DNA of 64,000 nt from the human T2T-CHM13v2.0 reference genome, Homo sapiens: assembly GCF_009914755.1 (NCBI RefSeq), contig NC_060935.1. One strand, given 5' to 3'. The position numbers and the translations under genes are program-made. Shown in pieces: positions 57,009-64,000 of this stretch. Positions within the stretch are counted from its first letter, which is position 1. Every line of letters starts with the position of its first letter. Under the pieces are notes generated by a model. The model made no database searches and was not told the origin of the DNA. It saw only the letters and a list, made by a program, of their open reading frames with translations.

Positions 57009-59269
57009 TGTGGCATAAACAGAGGTTTCTGAGGAAGAAGAGTGAGTTCATGAGACTGAGAAACTTGAAAGAGGTCTGCATAAAAGAAGAGTGCCTAGAG
57101 AAGCAAGGCAGTTCAGGAGTATCCAGTGGGAACATGCTTACCAAGATTCACACCAAGAAGGGGTTCCCCTCGGGCAGTAGAATTGATGATTGTGTTATCA
57201 GGAATTCCAGTCTTTATCCCCACTCCCTTCACTGTGATACATTTCTGAGATCTGCTTTATTCATTACTCAAGAACTTTGTATGCCTTTAAGCTCTGGGTG
57301 TTTGGCATGGTGAAGATAGATAGGGCAAGTTAAGCTATGAAGGAGATGGGGCCCAATGTTCCCCAGTGTCTTGAGAGTTTGGTGGAGCAGGAGCTTGAGT
57401 GACATTAACCCCTTTGGCTGGATTAGGGATTGGGGTTATTTGGGTCATCACAGCAGCAAACAGACATTGATAGAATGGAAAAACTCAAGATATTCAAGAC
57501 AGAAAGACAAGAATTTTTCTGAAGAATCCCCGCCCCCCACACTGAAAAAGTGAGAAAGTTGTCACTCACCACTGCTGCATTTTGTTTTACGCAAAAGTAT
57601 AAATTTATCAAATACTAATGAAAATCTTTTTTTTCATACCTCAGTTGCCCAAAGTCACTGAATCCTGGGACATGAACAAGGTAGCACAGGATGCACTGGA
57701 TTTTATCTCAGCAGGTCGGGTCATAATCAGAGACCAGCTGAGGGTTGGCCAATTATATCTATATATTTGTTTAGGTCATTCAAGACTCAGTCTACCCTTC
57801 ACTATTTTATGAGGTCTTCCCACCCAATCCCAAACTAGGATCAATGGGCCAGTCTCTCTGTTCCCATAGAAACTTGTAACATTCTCAATTATAACATACT
57901 TCACATTGTTCTGTGGCTATTTTCTGATCTGCCCTGGACTTACGACTGATTGACTTTGGAAAATGATTTGATCTAAACCTCAGTCAGTCATATTGGTTCC
58001 AATGAATTTCAGCCAGTTTTGTTATCTTTCTAGCAGAGGGAGTTTCAGTCTTGTTTCTTTTCTTGCCTGCTATCCTGCAAACTCAATAATTTCTGTTAGT
58101 CATTGGTTTCTTTAACTCTTTGGGGCACAGTTTCACTCCTGTGAGTGAAGAATCAGTAACTTAATACATAGATTATTTTCAATTAGGAAGAATGGCAACT
58201 GCCACTTAAATGCCATTTAAAATGCTAGATTTTCCCTAACTGATAAAATGCCAGCAAACTCACTGGCTCAGAAATAATTAAACCACTTAGCGTTTAAAAG
58301 GTGTGGTAGGTCAGGGGGTAACAAAATGAGATCTGCATGTCAAAAATATTGCCATAGATGCTACATGGAGAACAACTTAGAAAGGGGTAAGAATAAATGC
58401 AGATAGTCCAGATGGAAGGTCATTGCAGTAATCCCAGTTAAAGCTGACAGCATTCTGGACTAGAGCATTAAGTTTGGATTTGGTATTTCAGCCTACATAT
58501 TTTAGAGGCCATCCCTGCCCCATCCTGGGAAATGACTGACAGAAGATCCTCTATAAAAAAATCAGAAGTTCTGTCTTTCCAATATTTTCTTGAAAAAAGA
58601 CTGAATAAACACATCATTCAAGGCTCTGTAGCATCAGGCCATGTTCTGGAACTCCATTTAGAAAGAAGTTTTCCAAATCATCAATCCATGGCAGCACAGA
58701 AGGACTTTGAAAAGAAATCTGCTGGGGAGGTCCTAATGGGACAATGGAAGGCAAGCAGGAGGTATCCATGGCATTAATATGCTACACAAGAGGCTAACTC
58801 TGAGGACCCAGGGAAGGAATGCAGACATCATAACACAAAAAATGGCAGGCCCTTGCCAATTGCACAGGTGAGAGCAAAGCTAATGAAACCATACACCTGG
58901 GAGCAATTCAGAGTCAGTGAGAATGAGCCTGGACAAGTGAAAACAAATAAAGTTAACGAAGAGAAGAAAAAATAATGTACTTCTAATTCCATTTTTTCAA
59001 TTAATAGCTAAGAAGCAGTAATCATTGGTCACATTCATCTTATCCCAAGCTTTTACACCATAAAATGCTGTGGGAATAGTTAAGAGGAATTCCAGTTTTA
59101 AAGTTCCTTTTAAATTAAACCCCCAAATTTATGGAGAACCTACTATGTTCTTGGAAAGAAAACAAAGGCGGAAAAAATAAGTAATAAGGTCAGTGAAAAA
59201 AAAATCTGACCCTCCAAGCACTCACAAAACGGAAAGCAAAGACTTAAACTGTTAATTATGAAAATAGAA

Positions 59270-59510
59270 ACTATAACTTTGGGGGCAGTTAACATATGTC
59301 AGACACTGTGTCATGTGCATCCACATATTATTAACTCATTTAATCCTTAAGCAACTCAAGAGGCAAACATAATTGCTCCCATTTTTTTATGATGATTGAG
59401 AAAATTTAGACTCAAAGAGATTAAATAGATTGCCCAACATCACACACTCATATGACAATGAAATCTCTCTGGCTATAAAGTTTATGTTCTTTCCATTCTA
59501 CCACATAGTC
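59270..59510 (-). mobile_element. MIR
   Basis: ctcatttaatcct...cccattttt...gactcaaagagattaaatagattgcccaacatcacac. Confidence 0.7.
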
Positions 59511-59921
59511 TTTACAAAAATTTAGGCTAAGGAATGATATAGGCTACATACAGCAACAAGACATTCAGTGATAACTTGAGGATGTCTGGGACGCCAGCTA
59601 GCTTGGCCAAAAAACAGAATATAGATAGATAACACCTACTCCACAGCTAACAGAGACAGTGTTGCCTGATGAATATAAGTAGGTACTTTGTTGCCTTACA
59701 AAATTATATAACCTGTCTTCATTGATGGAGGTTCTTTTTGCATTATGAGAATATCTCCAATTTTATTTGTGTAACTATCAATGCGGTTGAAATAATTTAA
59801 TATTCCTATTTTATGAATGAATTGCTCATGTTCTCTGCTCAGTCTTCATCTTTGTCCTGATACCTCTTAAAAGTTTTTGTTTCTTTCTTTCTTTCATTCT
59901 GTTTTTTCTTTTACTACCCTG

Positions 59922-60216
59922 TTTGTTGAGGTATAATTGACAAATAAAATTGTATAAGTTTAAGACATACACTATAACTTGATATACATATATATTGTAA
60001 AATAATTACCACGATAAAGTTAGTTAACTTACGTATCACTTTACATAGTTACCACTTTGTGTGTGTGTGTGGTGAGAACATTTAAGATCTACTATCTTAG
60101 CAAATCTCAATTATATAATAACAGCAATGTTAACTTTAGCCACCAAGTTGTTCATTAGATTCCCAGAACTTATTAATCTTATACATGAAAGTTTACACAC
60201 TTTGACCAACATCTCT
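59922..60216 (-). mobile_element. L1MA (MA6-9-like) 3' end
   Basis: ttgaggtataattgacaaataaaattgtat...gtggtgagaacatttaagatctact. Confidence 0.82.
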
Positions 60217-60251
60217 GATGGGTATTTTATAAAAATATCAAATTATTTTAG

Positions 60252-60776
60252 CCTTTTTTATCCAATCTACCATTGATAGGCACGTGGGTTGATTCTACAT
60301 CATTGCTGTTGTGAATAGCACAGAGATGAATGTATAAGTGCATGTGTCTTTTGGGTAGAATGGCTTATTTTCCTTTGGATATCTACACAGTAATGGGATT
60401 GCAAGGTCAATCATGGAATACTTTGCAGCTGGAAAGGAAATCATGTCCTTTGCAGTAACAAAGATACAGTTGGAGTCCATAATCCTAAGCAAATTAATGA
60501 AAGAACAGAAAACCAAATGCTGCATGTTCCCACTTCTAAGTGGGAGCTAAACCTTGAGCACACATAGACATAAATATGGGAACAATAAACAATTCAGACT
60601 ACTAGAGAGGTGAGAGATGGAGGGGGTATGGGTTAAAAAACTACCTTGGGTTGTTGAGAGAGGAAGGGGGTATGGGTTGAAAAACTATCCACACCCTAAA
60701 CCTCAGCATCATGCAATATTTCCAGGTAACAAACCTGCACCCCTGTATATAAAATAAAAGTTGAAATTAAAAAAAT
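60252..60776 (+). mobile_element. 5'-truncated, 5'-inverted L1 (old L1PA/L1PB)
   Basis: 60252-60410 is an antisense ORF2-end segment; 60411-60776 is a sense segment ending aaaataaaagttgaaattaaaaaaa. Confidence 0.82.
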
Positions 60777-61202
60777 ATATCTTATCCCTTTATATCATCA
60801 TTAAGATAAAGGTCTCCAGTGGCTAGTGAAACATGGTATATGTTACACCCATTGGAATTGGGAAATCAATGCAACAGAAGTAAAAATAGCGTCTGGAATG
60901 TGGGTGGAAAATGGAAAAGGTAGAGTCCTGAGGCTGGTTCCCAGTTCCCAAGTCTAAAAAGCAACTATGACACCAAGATTGGAAAGCAAAGCAAAAGAAG
61001 GAAGTATCTATTAGATATCCAGACTGGAACAGAAATACAAATATTAAATATCTTCTATGCTTAGTCCTTACTTATAAAATTGAGATGACACCTCCTAATG
61101 GAATTGCTGTGAGACTCAAACAAATTAGTGAACGTGAGCAGTCATCATAAAAAGTAAAGTTCTGCATAAACATTAGAAATCATTATTTTCATCAGGTACT
61201 TG

Positions 61203-61878
61203 GTAATAGGCAGAATTCTAATGATGTGCTCCTTTCACACCCCAGTATTCCCATCCTCTGATTATTCAATCAAACACTAATCTAGGTACTTCTGTGAATG
61301 GACTTTGCAGATGGAATTAAGGTTACTAATCAGCTGACAATAAGATAGCAACATTATTTTGATCATCCAGTGGGCCCAGTGTAATCACATGAGCCCTTAA
61401 AAGCAGAAGAAGGCAGAGAGTGAATTGGAAAGATGCTATGGAAGAAGAAAACAGGGGAGATTAGGAAGAAGAGGAGGGCATCAGAGAGATTCAAAGTTTG
61501 AGAAACACTTAATCTACCATTTCTGGCTTTGAAGATGGAGGAGGGAGACCAAAAGCCGAAGAATACAGGTAGCCTCTAGAAGTATAGAACAACCCCTGGT
61601 CAACAGTCAGTAAGAAAATGAGGGCCTCAGTCTCCATAAAACTACATAGAACCCAATTCTACCAACAATCTGAATGAGCTTGGTAGTAGATTCAGTCTCA
61701 GAGCCTCCAGAAAGGAATGGAGCCCTACTGACACCTAGATTTTGGCCTTATGACACTAAAGAAAGCAGCAGCTAAGCTCCTTTGTACCTGAGTTTTTGAC
61801 CTACAGAAACTGAGACATAAATTTGTGTTTCTTAAACTGCTATGTTTGTATCATTTTGTTATAGAAAACCAATATACC
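61203..61878 (+). mobile_element. MLT1E-type MaLR solo LTR
   Basis: taggcagaattctaatgatg...ttattcaatcaaacactaatctaggtac...cctacagaaactgagacataaatttgtgt. Confidence 0.82.
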
Positions 61879-63729
61879 AATAATGCAACAGAAATAAAAA
61901 TTTCTGGTTTTTATTATTATTTATTATTTATCCATCTAGCTATCTCCTTATCTAGACAATGTCCTGTGATCATTTTTACCCAGATTTTTTCCCTAATTAA
62001 TTCTACCTTTAGGAGCCCTGAAATTGACCGTCAAAGACACTCAAAATTTATCTACCAATTTGTACAGATGTAGGTCTAGACATAAACTAGTGAAGTGTGA
62101 GATTGATTCTTCACATTGGCAAATAGGTAGACATTGAACACTAGAATTACAAACAGTCCTACTTTTTAAATATTAATAATTATATTTTCAAAAAGTTAGA
62201 TTAAAATTTTCATCTTTATGTAAACTATTTTGATTAATATCCCCAAATGCTGCTCAATATTCCTGTCCAGTTCTTGTAAATAGTATGCTGATTCATGAGA
62301 ACCTTTGGAACCATATATTTAAAAAAAAAGAAACATTTCCTAATGATTGCTGGGCAATACTATAAAACAGTGCATTTTAGGCAAAAAACTATTGCATTCA
62401 TGCTACCTAACAAGAAAGACTTGACAAAATAGCTATTTTGCCTTTCTCTTTACTTAAAGCTTCTGCTACTCAAATCCTCTGTCCATTCAAAAAAGGCGTT
62501 TATTTTGACATGAATTGAGGCAAACTCACAAAACTTCAAGCACTCATATTCAGTTGCCTTTTGAGAATATAGGGCAAGAGATATGGAGATGCACTTCCCT
62601 GAGACTTGAATGGTGGTAATCATAAGAGCTAATCTTTAGGATAATGGGTCACAATGTGCCAGGGTGATCACTGGATTCTAAGTGAAAGAGATATCCATGT
62701 GCTCTTTAATAAATTTTATTTCAGTCGTGTTTTATCTTCTATAGAAACCTCTCTTGCCCCATTTGAAGGATGATACTCTTTCTAAGGATATTATTTTGAT
62801 ACTAAAGATGCTATTTCCTTTCACCATCTTCCTGAAGAGCATACCATTGTCAAGGTAAATAAGCATCTATGCAATGTGACACAATAAAAATTTAAATTTG
62901 TATTGTTAAGCCACACATATGTACACATATACACACACATACTTCTATGCAAATTCTGAAATCTGTATAAGTCTTTCTTACAATCAAAGTATGTTAATTG
63001 TTTTTCTCCTAATTAATCAAAGTTTGCATTACTTTGTGGGGTCAAGAGGTGCATGTTCTATTGATCAATAAAGGCCAATTACAATATTACTTCTAGTGCC
63101 ACCACTAAGTTATTGGAATCATCGTAATTATAAATGGAAGTTGCAAGAACTGTATAGCTAGAAAATAATCTTAAATTCACAACAGAAACATAAAACATGA
63201 ATAAAAAATCCATTAGAAAAATGTGCCTTCAGATTAATGATAAATGCTTCACTTATCACTTTTATTGCCAGATTCAAATGATTTCCAGATGGTTTTAGTA
63301 CTTAATTTGCATTCAGCACTCAAGTATTGAGCAGTTAACATGCATTGCGTGCATATTTCTGATAGTTTCTCAATAAAACAAATGTGGATTTAAATAATCT
63401 ATGTTCTGTTTTTCTTCCTAAAGATTATATCCGCAAAGACTTACTCTGTAAATTACATTTCTATTCATCATATCCTCCTCCTCCTCCTTTCTTCTGCTCC
63501 TTCTTCTCCTCCTTCTCTTTTGAAATAATGTTTGAGATTATTTCAAAATAATCCTTCCATTCAAAATCCCTTTGCCATGTCCTCCAGCACAGAAGAATAA
63601 GGCATGAATAATTACAGCATAGTTTTTTATACATGGCGTATCAAAGTCTATGCAAATACATATATAAGTAACAATAATGCTCCTTGGATACAGACATTCA
63701 GGTTCACACTCAACTTCAAACAGCAGAAA

Positions 63730-63930
63730 GCATGGCACTATGAAACGAGCATGAACTTTAGATCCAGGCAACCAAGTGATGGAACCCCAGTTCTTCCACT
63801 GGCTAGTAATGTGACATTGAAAAGTCTAATTAGATTCTCTGAAACTTAAGGCTTCATTGGTAAGATGTGGATAATTGACATTTGCTTTAGGTTAATTTAA
63901 AGGATTAAAGAAGACAAAGACTATAAATCT
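63730..63930 (+). mobile_element. MIR
   Basis: gcatggcactatgaaacgagcatgaactttaga...gtgacattgaaaagtc. Confidence 0.55.
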
Positions 63931-63951
63931 CATGCACATTGCCTTACCCAT

Positions 63952-64000
63952 TGTGCATGGTTAATTTTATGTGTCAACTTCACTGGTCTAAGGGATACCC
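63952..64000 (+). mobile_element. Start of an MLT2B/C/D LTR (runs off the window)
   Basis: tgtgcatggttaattttatgtgtcaacttcactggtctaagggataccc. Confidence 0.75.

Overview
This is human (or very closely related hominid) non-coding genomic DNA: AT-rich, CpG-depleted, with no CpG island and no recognisable host exon, tRNA, rRNA or CRISPR array. The species call rests on a full-length AluYa5. Much of the window is interspersed repeat: 14 Alu copies or fragments, many MIR/L2/L1 fragments, MaLR and ERVL solo LTRs, and Tigger/Charlie DNA transposons. Two retroviral relics dominate. (1) An ancient, heavily decayed class I ERV at ~2.9-9.2 kb has gag, RNase H/integrase, env and a 3' LTR, but no 5' LTR or pro/RT, and carries five nested insertions. 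(2) A 5'-deleted HERV9 provirus at ~40.1-43.8 kb ends in a complete LTR12 and abuts a truncated MLT2A LTR through a 31-bp AT-rich VNTR and a 64-bp perfect palindrome. Apart from the HERV9 frames and a short frameshifted ORF in the old integrase, the ORF track reads as Alu, low-complexity or chance ORFs. I found no support for a previously undescribed biological system. The best leads are structural or regulatory: the palindrome-associated junction, the VNTR, a duplicated 45-bp element with a P3 homeodomain site, and the possibly polymorphic AluYa5. Subfamily names were assigned by eye from remembered consensus sequences, and coordinates of old repeats are approximate.
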